Of a stretch of DNA of 64,000 nt, positions 1 to 13,190 are shown in pieces; position 1 is the stretch's first letter; the number at the start of each line of letters is the position of its first letter. A program made the position numbers and the translations under genes. The notes beneath the pieces were generated by a model. That model saw nothing but the letters and a program-made list of their open reading frames with translations. It was not told where the DNA came from and made no database searches. Origin of the DNA: Octopus vulgaris (Eukaryota); assembly GCA_951406725.2 (NCBI GenBank), contig OX597823.1, positions 92,070,001 to 92,134,000 on the forward strand. Direction: 5' to 3'.

Positions 1-1271
1 TATACGAGAACATTTAACTTCTAAAGATTTCCATTGTTGTATTTCATCTTGAATATAATTGTTATAAAATGTTTGCTAACCACTTGTATACAGAATTATT
101 TGATTTAAGTGGTGTTTACTGTCTAATTTTGATATATGTCAGTGGTGAAATGGAACGATAGTAAAGAAAATTGACGCAATCTGATTTCGTATATTGATCC
201 GCACAGCATGAGAATTATTTTCAGATGAAGAAGTCTCTTCGCCTTTCATTCCGTATTATCTTAGAATCCAAAGAAAAAAGAAATTTCTTTTGACACATAG
301 TATTTTCCACATGCAAGAATCATAGGTTGGTGTTAAGCTGTTGGCATTCAGAATTTGTAAGATAGTTTTACTTCTGCGTGAGGTCATTTCACTTCTAGCT
401 GAGATTTATAACCATTTTAGAGTTGCAGATGGATAATGTCTTCGAACATATGAAGCTGAAAGGGTTCAATAATGCACCCACTCTCTATAATTATGTTCTA
501 CTATTGCACAGGATCGCTTGGAGACAAACAGAATCCGCAGAATCTGATGATGTTCTGCCTTGACAAAAGTGTATGTTGTTAAAATGTTAAAATGTTTTAG
601 TTCCTATAAGATTGTGAAAATATTTAAAACTTCATCAAATAGAGACGAAAGCTTTTCTTTGTCCATCGATGGCTGTAGGAAGTCTTACATAATGTTTTAA
701 ATTTACGCAGTGTATAAAATACAAACAGTAAATATTATAATGTTTGTGGAACCATGAAGGAAAGATGGAGACTAAGACACAGAAACCTTTCAGGATGACG
801 CTGTTTCAGAAACAAAATGCACAGCGCAAACCATGATGGCAGATGGTAAACAAAACGATTCAACATTAACGACATAACGCTAATGTTACTCCCTGTTGCC
901 TAACGTTACTTGATATTAAACAGTGAAACAACTATTGTGGGAGGTTTCTCTGTTGCACATTGCAGGATATGAACTGATATTAGCTTAGATAAGAAGGGAA
1001 AGTATGAGATATAGTATTTTCTTCCAGTTTTGTAATAAACCCCATTTGAATGACGCAATAATATTTATAATCAAGAGTTATAATACACATTTCCTAGATT
1101 GCAACATAACCTGGTAAACTATAAATATATAATCCAAATTGTCAAATTGAAGAAAACTAAAATGCTGTACGTTATTTTGATTGGCATTTTTACATTTATG
1201 TTTGGTACATTTTAAATTTATTCAACGTAATTAAATACTTAAGATATTTTAGGTGCATGTTTTATGTACAG

Positions 1272-1322
<51 letters not shown>

Positions 1323-1727
1323 CACACACACACGCACATATGATGAACTCTCTCGTCAAAAATGACATGTGGGCGCTTAGCTTATGTTGCCGAACGACCT
1401 GAAGGAATCATTGGTTTATAGTGATAAAAAGTATATGCTCCCCATTAGCTGACTCTCCACATCAAGTTCACGTTTTCTGAACAGGTGAACAGTGCGCCAC
1501 ACATCAGGTGTCAAAGTGATCGCAGATCGACGAGAGCATGGTGTTTTGCTCAAGGACAGAAAACACCAGTCGATCTAGGAATTAAAACTATGATCATACG
1601 ATTGTAAGTACACCCCCCTTACCACTACATACACACCCACACACACACATGGTCAATTCAAAACTGACAAGATAACGTTCACTAAGAATGTATTAGTTTA
1701 TCGCTCATTAAAAAGAGATAGACAGGG

Positions 1728-1765
1728 ATGTTGACGTTTCGAACATAGCTCTTCGTCAGAGGAGA
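1728..1765 (-). ncRNA. Minimal type I hammerhead ribozyme-like motif (Penelope type)
   Basis: Minus strand CTGACGA-A-GAGC-TAT-GTTC-GAAA-CGTC-A: CUGANGA core, 4-bp stem II, GAAA, self-complementary ACGT stem III, GUC cleavage triplet; stem I poorly paired. Confidence 0.6.
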
Positions 1766-1846
1766 AAGGAAAAGTCCAAAGGCGGAAAAGAAATCGCCAA
1801 TAACATGTGTGCAGCTACATTATATATACATATACATATACATATA

Positions 1847-1888
<42 letters not shown>

Positions 1889-2639
1889 TGAATAAGTTGG
1901 AATCAACGAGAGAAACACTCTTTTGTAATCACTACAATCGTTTCCACGCAACGTAGTTCTTCTGGTTCATACATATATATGTATGTGTGTATGTCTGTCT
2001 GTCTGTCTGTATGTATGTATGTATGTATGTATGTATGTATGTATGTGTGTACCAAATTGCTGAAACGGGATTTTTTTCCTGCCTAGATGCGAAATGAAAT
2101 GTATTCTCTACCATCGGATCTGCCACTCTCACATCCTGAGAAACCAGAAAATTCTTCAAGCAACACGTATACGCATGAACACATATACACATAACCTGAC
2201 GTTAAAATTTCGGGCCCACACACACAATTCCCTCTCTACCAACCAAACCCTACATATACACAAACCCCTTAACCTAACTGAACCTGTTTTCGCTTACCAG
2301 ACTCTTATTTTATTCCATCACAGGTAACTCAGGTGTTTCGGGGCCATGAGACGTAACTCTTAAATGTCTATAAATCTCTCACAATTTATCCCTCTTGACT
2401 TCATTTCCTCTTTCTTCCTCAGCAACCACAAATCCAATGTAATAATTTCTCACCTCCAATAACAGAGAACAGATGCTATATTTTTTTCTAACTTGCTATC
2501 TTCCAAGAACACGTATATTTGATAACCAGTTTGATATCTAATATCCGGTGTGAAACCCATTAAAAAAATCGATTGAAAAAGATCTGTAACACTGTATATA
2601 TAAAGATCGATATACCCATTTTATTTTACAGATAGTAGA

Positions 2640-3297
2640 AGGCGCGTGGGTTAGATTTTGGGGTAATCGGTTTACGATCATTGGGCCGTGAGTTCAATAC
2701 CAGGCAGCGTGTTGTGTCCTTGAGCAAGACACTTTATTTTGACTTTGCTCCACTCCACACAGCTGACAAATATGAGCTGGACCTGTATTTCGAAGAGCTG
2801 AATCTCCTTAAGAGCTACGTTAAGACGCGTCTTTAGAGTCCTCAGCCATTTGCACATTCATCTCGTGCATCAGCTGTTACTGTTGCTGTTGAGCGTAGCA
2901 GTCTATGTCCAGTGGCAGAAGTCCGAAACGTGGTCCTTTGCTATTCGTAAGACCCGCATAAGAGAAAGCAGGTCAACCCCCGACACCGAGAGCATCGACG
3001 GATGGATGAATGCGCATCCAGGCTCAGCGGTTGCGTAGGAAGTCGGGGATAAGAAACAGGAAGAAAGAGTTAGAGAAAGTTGGAGCGAAAGAGTAAAACA
3101 GGGGTCGCCACCACCCCCTGCCGGAGACTCGTGGAGCTGTAGATGATTTCGCTCAAAAAACACACCCACGCCCGGTCTGGGAATCGAAACCGCGAGTACG
3201 CTGCCTTAATCATTGGGTCATTTCGCCTCCACTGCACCAACTGGTCACTTGATTGGATCAACAGGAACAGATGTGGTCGTAATTGACAGAATGCCAG
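2640..3297 (+). mobile_element. SINE family A (tRNA head, tgtgtccttgagcaagacactt CORE-like box), split by a nested SINE
   Basis: Homologous to 16655-16950, 20390-20660(-) and 61020-61330(-); related heads at 4172, 12520, 15598, 44846. Confidence 0.8.
2877..3232 (-). mobile_element. Nested GC-rich tRNA-headed SINE with (CAA/CAG)n tail
   Basis: Minus strand starts gtggaggcgaaatgacccaatg, B box ggtttcgattcc; diverged TSD tgcatcagctg (2866-2876) / tgcaccaactg (3233-3243). Confidence 0.75.
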
Positions 3298-4559
3298 TTC
3301 TTTTCTTTAATAACTATTCTTCTCACTTACGGATTCTTAGCTGAATGTGTGTGTGCGCGCGCGCATATGTGTACCATGTATGTATCGCACTCATCCCCGG
3401 CCTCAATCATATAGTCAATTCTCAAGTGAAAATGGAGTGTGCAGATATATTCCTGTTTCTCTACTGTGTACCATGAACAGGAAAGAGTTGCGTTTCTTTT
3501 GTTAGTTATCGATGGAAAATATTGACAAGACTGAGTTCTCCAGCCTTTATTACTTCACAAATCATTAACTTATTGATATGTACTTGTTCTAAGATATTCG
3601 TTTGTATTCTCGGTACAAGGGCCGAAATTTGGGGGGAGTCGATGAGATCGATCCCAGTACGCAACTAGTACTTAATTTATCGACGCCAAAAGGATGAAAG
3701 GCAAAGTCGACCTCGGCTGATAAAAGATATACTGTACGTATATTCTTTTCTACTCTAGGCACAAGGCCTGAAATTTTGGGGGACGGTCAATCGATTAGAT
3801 CGACCCGAGTACGTAACAGGTAATTAATTTATCGACGCCGAAAGGATGAAAGGTAAAGTCGACCTCGGCGGACATTTGTTCGAGATATTACTTGCAAGGA
3901 GTCCGAATACACTGCAGTCAACTCACACACCGACCCACTGGTCAGGGGTCATAATTAGTACTCATATCAAAACATAGTATCTGGATTATTGATGCATGTC
4001 ATGCGGTGAAAAGTAAATAGTACTAGATTATTGACTTACGCTAATCCAATTTAATCTTGGCAAGTAAGGGGTATAATCCTTAGACGACAGTAAAGCATGA
4101 ATTCAGTGTATCTAAGAAATTAACGAAATGTGATCAATTGTGTGTAAATGCGCCTCTGTGTGGCTCTGTGAAGGCGCATAGCCTAGTGGTTAGAGTGTTG
4201 CATGCACGATCGCTAGATTCACAGACTAGGTGGCACGTTGCGTTCTTGAACAAGATACTTCAGAGAAGCCACTCATCTCAGGTTTATTCACTAGATCCGG
4301 GCTCTCTCAGGTCTAGAGATTAATGCTGCAGAAGATTCATATATACAGGACATGCACAATGACAGACCACCATTAGACTAGTGTCTCTGTGTATGTTTAT
4401 ATGATACAGTCAAGCCGAATGCTGATATTCTGAAGGCACTGAATGCATTTAATGCACGTGTTTCAGATCATTGGGCAAGAGAGAATGAGAAATTCATGAT
4501 ACATAAAACTGTACTCACTCAAGACATTTCAAAATATGTGTGGTACAGTAGAATACACG

Positions 4560-5046
4560 ATCATCATCAACATCATCGTCGTCATCATCATCAACATCAT
4601 CATCATCGTCGTCGTCGTCGTAATCATCACCAGCATCATCATCACCATCATCGTCATCACATCATCATCATCATCATCATCATCACCATCAGCATCACCT
4701 CGACCACCACCACCACTATCATCACCATCATCACCATCATCACCATCATCACCATCCTCATCCTCATCATCATCATCCTCATCATCACCACCACCACCAC
4801 CACCACCACCATCATCATCATTATCCTCCTCCTCATCATCATCACCACCATCATCATCACCATCATCATCATCATCATCATCCTTATCATCATCATCACC
4901 ACCATCATCACCATCATCACCATCAGCACCATCATTATCATTATCACTACACCACCATCACCACCACCACAACCATCACCACCACCACCACCACCACCAC
5001 CACCTCCATCATCATCATTATCATCATCAACATCGTCGTCATCATC
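4560..5046. repeat. Compound (CAT/CAC)n microsatellite
   Basis: Direct reading. Confidence 0.95.
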
Positions 5047-5597
5047 TTCCTTCACCTACCCTTCAGCACTATTAACACCGTCTTTATCGTAGATTTTTGA
5101 TGCTACACCGAATAACCCCAGCATCGACGTATTCAAGTAGCCGGCATCAACCCATCTATTTCGCTGTCAGATCATATTTCTTCAGTATTGGTCACTATTA
5201 TAATTATTAGGAACATTTCGCTCGTTAATGTCTATTCTAAGGAAACAACAAATGGCAGCAAAGACAGAAGATGGACGCATTTTTATGGCATTTTACATTG
5301 ATATGACCTCACACATTTTTTTACTGAATGCACCACAATAGTTTTGGTAAATGAAGAGACAGAGAAATCTTAATGTAATGTTTTAGAATCACTGCAGGAA
5401 ATGTCCTCAGTGTCTTCTTTTTCCAGCGAGGCCACGTTTATGCGTTTACCAAACAAACACAAGCGCATATGTGTACGGTACATCTGAATTGAATTCCACA
5501 GAATGAAGCCAGATGTGTTAATTTGGAGCAGTGAACTCTTCTACCGCGCGCTCACACACACACATACACATATACATACACAAATCCATAAATACAC

Positions 5598-5649
<52 letters not shown>

Positions 5650-5797
5650 GCGTACATATGTGTGTGTATAAACATATACATTTATATATGAATGTATGTA
5701 TATATATACACATATATATATATATATATATATATAAGTATGTATATATGTAAATCCACACATGCACAAACCCACAAACACAACCTCACATATATAT

Positions 5798-5838
<41 letters not shown>

Positions 5839-5841
<3 letters not shown>

Positions 5842-6213
5842 ATATAAACGGCAGTTTGTCTGTGCGTGTTTCTGTGTGTCTGTTTGCTTGTACCCTCACC
5901 CTGACCACGGCTTTCAACCGATTCTGATGAAACTTGACACACACAGGGCCCAATGTCATAATTCAAAACTAACGCAGCGAAAATTTTGAAAAGTTCCCCC
6001 AGTTCTGAAAAAAATCGATAAATTCGACATGGGGTCGAGAATCAGAAACACAAACCGCAAACTGTCTAGGGGACGCAACTCCACCTTTTTAACTAAAAAA
6101 AAATTTACCATCATTTTTTTCCATTTTTTTGCTATTTTTTGGCTATAACTCTCTAAAAATGCTTTATAGTTATTTCCCTTACAAACCTGAGCAACGCCGG
6201 GCGATACTGCTAG
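5839..6213 (+). mobile_element. Non-autonomous Helitron
   Basis: 5' TC, subterminal GC-rich hairpin cctgagcaacgccggg, 3' CTAG, inserted between A and T, no TSD. Confidence 0.8.
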
Positions 6214-6459
6214 TATATAATATATACATGCGTACATATATATATGTTTGTGTGTGTGTATAAACATATACATTTATATATGTGTGTATGTATATATATA
6301 AGTGTGTATATATGTACACACACTCAGACACACTCTCACACATACATATGAGTGTATGTGTGTGTGTGTGTGTGTGTGCGAATAGTATGATAGAACAATA
6401 AAATTTATATCGCCCTGAAGGATGTCATTTGGCAAGTGAAGATTCAGAGTAACCATTGT

Positions 6460-6536
<77 letters not shown>

Positions 6537-6538
<2 letters not shown>

Positions 6539-7226
6539 TTTTCTACTCAAAGCACAAGACTCGAAATACGCAACTGGTACTTAATTTATCGACCGCGAAG
6601 GGATGAAAGGCAAAGTCGACCTCGACGGGATCTGAGCTCACAACGTAAAAACAGACGAAATATCGCTAACTATTTCGCCCGGTGTGCTTAACGTTTCTTA
6701 TTTCTTTATTGCCCACAAGGGTCTAAACACAGAGGGGACAAACAAGGACAGACAAAAAGATTAAGTCGATTACATCGACCCCAGTGCGTACTGGTACTTA
6801 ATTTATCGACCTTGAAAGGATGAAAGGTAAAGTCGACCTCGGCGGAATTTGAACTCAGAACGTAGCGGCAGACGAAACATGGCTACGCATTTCGCCCGTC
6901 GTGCTAACGATTCTGCGTGCTCGCCACCTTAGTTGTATACATATATTGTATACATATATTTCTCCGAAATAGTAAAAACAGATACTATACTTATTTCTTT
7001 ATTACCCACAAGGAGCTAAACACAGAAGGGACAAACAATGACAGACAAACGGATTAAGTCGATTATATCCACCCCAGTGCGTAACTGGTACTTATCTAAT
7101 CGACCACAAAAGAATGAAAGGCAAAGAAGACCTCGGCGGAATTTGAACTCAGAACGTAGCAGCAGACGAAATACTGCTAAGCCTTTCGCTCGGTGTGCTT
7201 AACGTTTCTGGCTGCTCGTCACCTTA
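6537..7226 (-). mobile_element. Cluster of three SINE family B units
   Basis: Repeated g.atgaaagg.aaag..gacctcg core at ~6600, ~6818 and ~7112. Confidence 0.85.
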
Positions 7227-8266
7227 GTTGTATACATATATGATCGTGAAAAATAATAAATTCTCCGAAATGTTTAGTTACTGCTTTTGAATGTAACCGA
7301 TTATGTAAGAGGAGCCATCAAATGATCTCCGGCATGGCTGGTGGTCTTGCTAGAAATAACCGTGGGCTCCTTCTAACAAGTACACCCGACTGTCTCCATA
7401 AATAAGCTAAAATTACTTTTTGCGTAAGGTCGTTTGTATATAATGGTTTATGTTTTATCTTTTGCTTGTTTCAGTCGTTGACCTATTCTGGGGCTCGTTC
7501 TGTCACATTCGAACGTGAATATGCGATTCGCTGTTGTGTGTTATCAAAGGGAAACAAATTCTCTTTCACGACGACATCTGTTCATTCCACACTCAGTTCA
7601 TTAGTACAAAGGATTCTGAGAGAATCGGTGTTTAGTCCTCCTTATGTTTCGTCAGTGAGAAGCATCCCTATGACCACCGAATCTAACAAGGCCCGGATGT
7701 CTTGCCCATAATTCCAGCGAAGCGAGTGTTCGCTGAATACTTTCAGCAAATCGGGTGCTGACGGATCCATGCTGGCATTAGTTTCAAAGTTTTGCACAAG
7801 GCGAGCATTTATGAGGTGCAAGTAGATTACATAGGCCCCTGTGCTCAACTACGACAAATTCGACTCGTCGGTATTTGAACTCAGAACGTTAAGCCGATAG
7901 AAGTGCCGCTAAGCACTTTATCCGGCGCGGTAACGATTCGGCCATCTCTCCGGCTTACATCCACGCTGGTATTGGCTTCAATATTTGATACAATGTCAGC
8001 TATCTCAGGGAAGGAGTCAAGTGGATTCCATCGATCCCATTGCATAACCGGTACTTATTTTATCGACCCCGAAATCATGAAAGCAAAGTCGACCGTGGCG
8101 GAATTTGAGCTCAGAACATAAAGTCGGAAGAAATGACGCTTAGCATTTTTTTTTCCGGCGCAGTAACGATTCTGTCGGCTCGCCACCTTAGACACACGCT
8201 GGTATTTTCAATCAATAACAAATCGTCATATCCACAGTGAACAGCGACATTTGAAACAATGACCTG

Positions 8267-8322
<56 letters not shown>

Positions 8323-9628
8323 CACACACACATATACATATATTCGTGGCTATGTGAAAAAAGGTTGCCCCGGGGTCCAATCCCACTGTGTGGCACATTG
8401 GGCAAAGTGTCTCCTGCTATGGCGCCAGGCCAATCAAATACCTGTGAGTGGATTTTGTAGAGGGAAACTGAAGGAAGCCTACCGTACATATATATATGTA
8501 TATACACACATATATGCACGCGTGTGTGTGTGAGTGTCTTTTTGTTTGTGCTTGTCTCCCACTACTTGACAACTGAATTGGTATCTTTATGTCCCCGTAA
8601 CCTTTCGGTTCGGTAAAAGGGATCAATGGAATAAGTACCAGGTTTTAAAAAAATTAATCAAGTACTGCAGTCGATGCATTTGGCTAAAATTCTTCAAGGT
8701 GATGCCCCAGCATGCAGTCAAATGACTGAAACAAAATATAAATTGAAAGAGATTCAGGTAGATTTGAACGTGAAAACACTAATCTACTTTAAGGCGGATA
8801 TATTTCCATAAGACACACGGAACGTATTAAGGAGAAATATTATAATTGGTTGTTTTGACTCCTGCTATTTACAGTGAATGTTGTTTATTATTATTTTTTC
8901 TTCGTGTGCATCATTCGTGAAAGAACTGACGGGATAGTAATATTTGGAATCGATCGTGTCCTACTTGTGATTATAAAGTAACAACAATAACAACAACGGC
9001 AACAATAACAAAGAATTCGGTAACAGGTTAATGTATAGATGGATAAAACGTTTTCATTTAAAATGCCTCGAAGTTATGATGGTCATCAATATTGTCTACA
9101 TGGTCAATTAGGTGAAAAGGACAAATATGTATATGTGTGTGTGTGTGTACGGGAGAGAGAGAGAGAGTGAAGTAGGTAGAAAAAAGAAGGAAAAAAAGAG
9201 GTAAGAGAGGGAGTTTGAGAGAAGAGATAGCGGAAGAAAGTGAGAGGTAATAACGTAATCGAAACTTAAGCAGTCATCCAGAAAATTACAAATAACCTAG
9301 ATATAACTTCGAATAATGTTAGACGGTTTTGAGTGAAAAATATATATAAAATAAAAAGTATTGTGTTTGTTAAGTGTCTGGAAAATTTGTCAAATTTGTT
9401 AGAAGTCTGTTGATCAAAACGTTATGTTGTATAGAAGTGTATAACGGTTTGAAAACAACCTAATTTCATAAATGTCGCCTTTTGTAATCAGTCGAAGTGT
9501 TTGGCAGAATCTGTAGAGTGACGGAAAATGTGCTTTGCAACATTTAGCGTTCTTTACGTTCACAATTCAAACATCGTTGAAGTAATTTGTTTGAAAATTC
9601 TTCTTAGATAAATACCAGTCTGGTAAAT

Positions 9629-9883
9629 TAGTGTTTCGCAACAAGTTCCATGTGAACTTTGGGGTCCCTATAAGATTATTTTGTTAAAATTTATGAGCAA
9701 AAGATTGCTTATACTTCTAGGCCATGCAAAATAATTTAATAATTTGTTGGAATACAATTCTTAATAATACTTAATTCAAAGAACATATGGGGTTTTTCTA
9801 AACATCGAATGGCTCGGAGGGTCCATTTGAGAAAAATAAAAACCACGGCGGTTCCTAAGTAAAAAATGGTTGAAAAGCCACTG
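9629..9883. mobile_element. hAT-type MITE; a truncated relative lies at 28679-28790
   Basis: Degenerate termini tagtgtttcgcaac / gttgaaaagccactg (CAGTGGTTCTCAAC type); internal aagattat..tgttaaa.tttatg shared with the 28679 copy. Confidence 0.6.
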
Positions 9884-9945
9884 CTGTAGATGATGAAATC
9901 AGTTCCAACCTTGCCCAATTTGAGTATTTATATTATAAATCATAT

Positions 9946-10361
9946 TAAGGCGGCGAGATGGCAGAAACGTTAGCACGCCGGGCGAAATGCTTTGCGGTAT
10001 TTCGTCTGCCGTTATGTTGTGAGTTCAAATTCCGCCGAGGTCGACTTTGCCTTTCATCCTTTCGGGGTCAATAAATAAAGTACTAGTATCGTACTGGGTC
10101 GATGTAATCGACTTAATTCCTTTGTCTGTCTGTGTTTGTTCCCTATGTGTTTAGCCCCTTGTGGGTAATAAAGAAATGGGTATTTCTTCTATCTTTACGT
10201 TCTGAGTTCAAATTCCGCCGAGGTCGACTTTGCCTTTCATCCTTTCGGGGTCAATAAATAAAGTACTAGTTTCGTACTGGGTCGATATAATCGACTTAAT
10301 CCATTTGTCTGTCCTTGTTTGTTCCCTCTATGTTTAGCCGCTTGTGAGTAGTTAAGAAATA
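9946..10361 (+). mobile_element. SINE family B, dimeric copy with 17-bp TSD
   Basis: Head ggcggcgag.tggcagaaacgttagc, B box gagttcaaattc, body gcctttcatcctttcggggtc; ~178-bp unit present twice; TSD tatattataaatcatat at 9929-9945 and 10362-10378. Confidence 0.9.
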
Positions 10362-11115
10362 TATATTATAAATCATATACGATATATTAAAAATCATATA
10401 AGATATGTTACAAATCCTATAACCTATGTTATAAATCTTATGACATATGTGTCTAGTTTTGTGTTGAACTAATGTTGTTCTTTTTGGCGTGGAATCCATG
10501 GTTTCCCCATTTCCGAAACGAAAAAGCATCTTTAGTCTTATGTCTGTTTAATTTTCGTCGGACTTTTAGTCTTCATCATATCTATGATTCTTTAATCATT
10601 TCTCTTCACTCTTTCTGTTTCAATTTTTATTTTTTTTATCTTGTACATATTTCTGTCATTAGACTCCGGTCATGCTGGGGCACAACATGGAAGAATTTTT
10701 AGTTGAAACGAAACAAACCCAGTGCTTATTAAAAAAAAAATTACTCTGGTACTTGCTCTATTGGTTTCCTTTGTCAAACTGCTCACTTGTGGGGATGTAA
10801 ACACACCACCACCGGTTTTTACGCGGCGGTGGGGGGATAAACACGTATACAATGACACACACACACACACACATAAAAGAGGATTCTTTCAGTTCAGTTT
10901 CCGTCCACCAAATCCACTCACAAGGGGTAGGTCAGCCCGAGGCTATAGTTGGAGACAGTAGCCCAAGCTTCCACGCAGTGGAGTCGAACCCAGAGTCATG
11001 TGGTTGGGAATTAAACTTTTGTTAATTCTCTCTGTATCTCTATCTTACTCTCACTCTCTGTCTTTCTCGCTCTCTCTTTCTCACTCCAACTCTCCCCCAT
11101 ATCGTGTAAAACGTA

Positions 11116-11351
11116 ATATATTTCTTTATTATCCACAAGGGGATAAACACAGAGAGGACAAACAAGGACAGACAAATGGATTAAGTCGATTACATCGACC
11201 CCAGTGCGTAACTGGTACTTATTTAATCGACCCCGAAATGATGAAAGGCAAAGTCGACCTCGGCGAAATTTGAACTCAGAACGTAGCGGCAAACGAAATA
11301 CCACAAAGCATTTCGCCCGGCGTGCTAACGTTTCTGCCAGCTCGCCGCCCT
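11116..11351 (-). mobile_element. SINE family B, monomer with perfect 16-bp TSD
   Basis: TSD tatcgtgtaaaacgta at 11100-11115 and 11352-11367. Confidence 0.9.
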
Positions 11352-12799
11352 TATCGTGTAAAACGTATTAGAGTATCAACCAACCAACCAACCAACCAAT
11401 CAAAGTCAACCTAACAACATTTATATCAGCTATTATATAGAGAATCGATAGGTTGCTTATCATTTCTCACTAAATCTGAATTAATCGGACTGAAAGCGCC
11501 TTCTTGGAATGGATTCTGTTTTGTTTTATACTTAAATAACGCTAATATAAATGTCATTCAGTGAAATTGAAAGCGTGTACAGAAATTATTGTGTTGCACG
11601 CTTTTTTCGAGCATTCTCTTTTATCATGCAATGGCCATCCACCTCACCTTTCTCTCTAGTTCTCATATACACTTCGGATTAAATTTTTTGGTTTGTCCGC
11701 TAATTAGATACCTGTCACTATGTCTCTCAACACATACTTGTTTGCACTCGATGCCACCTTTCACTATTTCATAATCATTGACAAGATGGCATATAAAAAT
11801 TCGATATATTTCCTTAGTTCAACAGCACCAAAAATCAAACAATGTACTTATCAATCAAACAATATTGTATCACGGCTTCTCAGCACACAAACAAAACAAC
11901 AACACAACTAAAAGACACAAGGCTACTACAATAAGTGTTACGTTTCAGATTCCTTGGTAAGTGAGATTTTGTAGTTGGTTTGAAAGATTCTTAACGTGAA
12001 TTCGTCTAATGAAACAAATCTTGTGCATTGGGTGAGTCATTATGTCAATGAAAATTAAAATAAATACACACACTAGTTCAATACCACTTTATTTTACTAA
12101 CTACCGAATAGTTTGTTTAATAATCAAATGCTTGTTTGTTTTCTTGGAGAGTGAGGGCATATCGTTGATGAGGTAACGAATAACGACGGAAGGCTTCTCA
12201 CAGAAAACTAACAACCGACTGATTATAAAAAATAAACCGTTGCATAATTGGTAAAATAAATAAGTGGTGTTTAACCAGTGCGTGTATCTTTATATCAATT
12301 TTTATTGTCATAATTATCGTCCCTAGACACAACAAGATATGATATGTAAGCTTATAATTAGCAAACTTATGATTTCAATGTTTGTGTTAACTCTTCGGTT
12401 CAGAAAATAGTTTAGCCTGTATGAGCTGACGAGATATTTCAATACACAAATAAAATATTTATTTGCGAAGAAATATGTGAATAAGCGTGAACTCTTCTAA
12501 CATTTAATATTAATATAGTGAAGGTGTGTGGCTCTGTTGGATAAGATGCTGCACCACGATCGCTAGATTGTGTTGTGTTTTCGAGCAAAACATTTCATTT
12601 TACGTTTCTCCAGTTCACTCATTTGTAAGTAGTTAAACCCTGCAACGGATTAGCCTCCCGATTAGTGGGAATGTTCGAAAACTAAAATGATGCAAAGTGC
12701 ATTGCGACCAGTGATGTGTACCAGCATCAGATAGTCTGGTCTATCACATGATCACGTGAATAGTAAGGAATATGCATTACATGAACCAAATTAATATAT

Positions 12800-13190
12800 T
12801 TTTATTGCCCACAGGGGGATAAACATAGACAGAACAAACGAGGAAAGACAAAGAAATTAAGTCTATTCCATCGACCCCAGTGCGTAACTGGTACCTATTT
12901 AATCGACCCCGAGAGGATGAAAGGCAAAGTTGACTCAGAACATAACGGCAGACGAAATACCTATTTCTTTACTGCCCACAAGGGGCTGCACATAGAGGGG
13001 ACAAACAAGAACAGACAAACGGATTAAGTCGATTACATCGACCCCAGGACATAACTGGTACTTAATTTATTGAACGCGAAAAGATGAAAAGCAAAGTCGA
13101 CCTCGGCGGAATTTGAACTCAGAACGTAACGACAGACAAAACACCGCTAAGCATTTCACCCGGCCTGCTAACGATTCCACCAGCTCGCCA
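12800..13190 (-). mobile_element. SINE family B dimer
   Basis: Two tandem long-tail units and one head. Confidence 0.85.

Noticed and set aside
540-575. CTGATGA...AAAAGTGTA as a hammerhead
   Set aside because: Lacks GAAA, and the stems are too weak.
4496-5092. Long ORFs rich in His/Ile/Ser/Pro (also 17039-17950, 31906-33017, 38734-39245)
   Set aside because: Translations of trinucleotide microsatellites, open in several frames on both strands; no coding evidence.
5920-5940. CTGATGAAAC inside the Helitron as a hammerhead
   Set aside because: No stem II between CTGATGA and GAAA; it is part of the ccgatt.tgatgaaa.ttg motif common in non-autonomous Helitrons.
6537-7226. CRISPR-like repeated array
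   Set aside because: Units are dispersed SINE copies without unique spacers; eukaryotic context, no cas genes.
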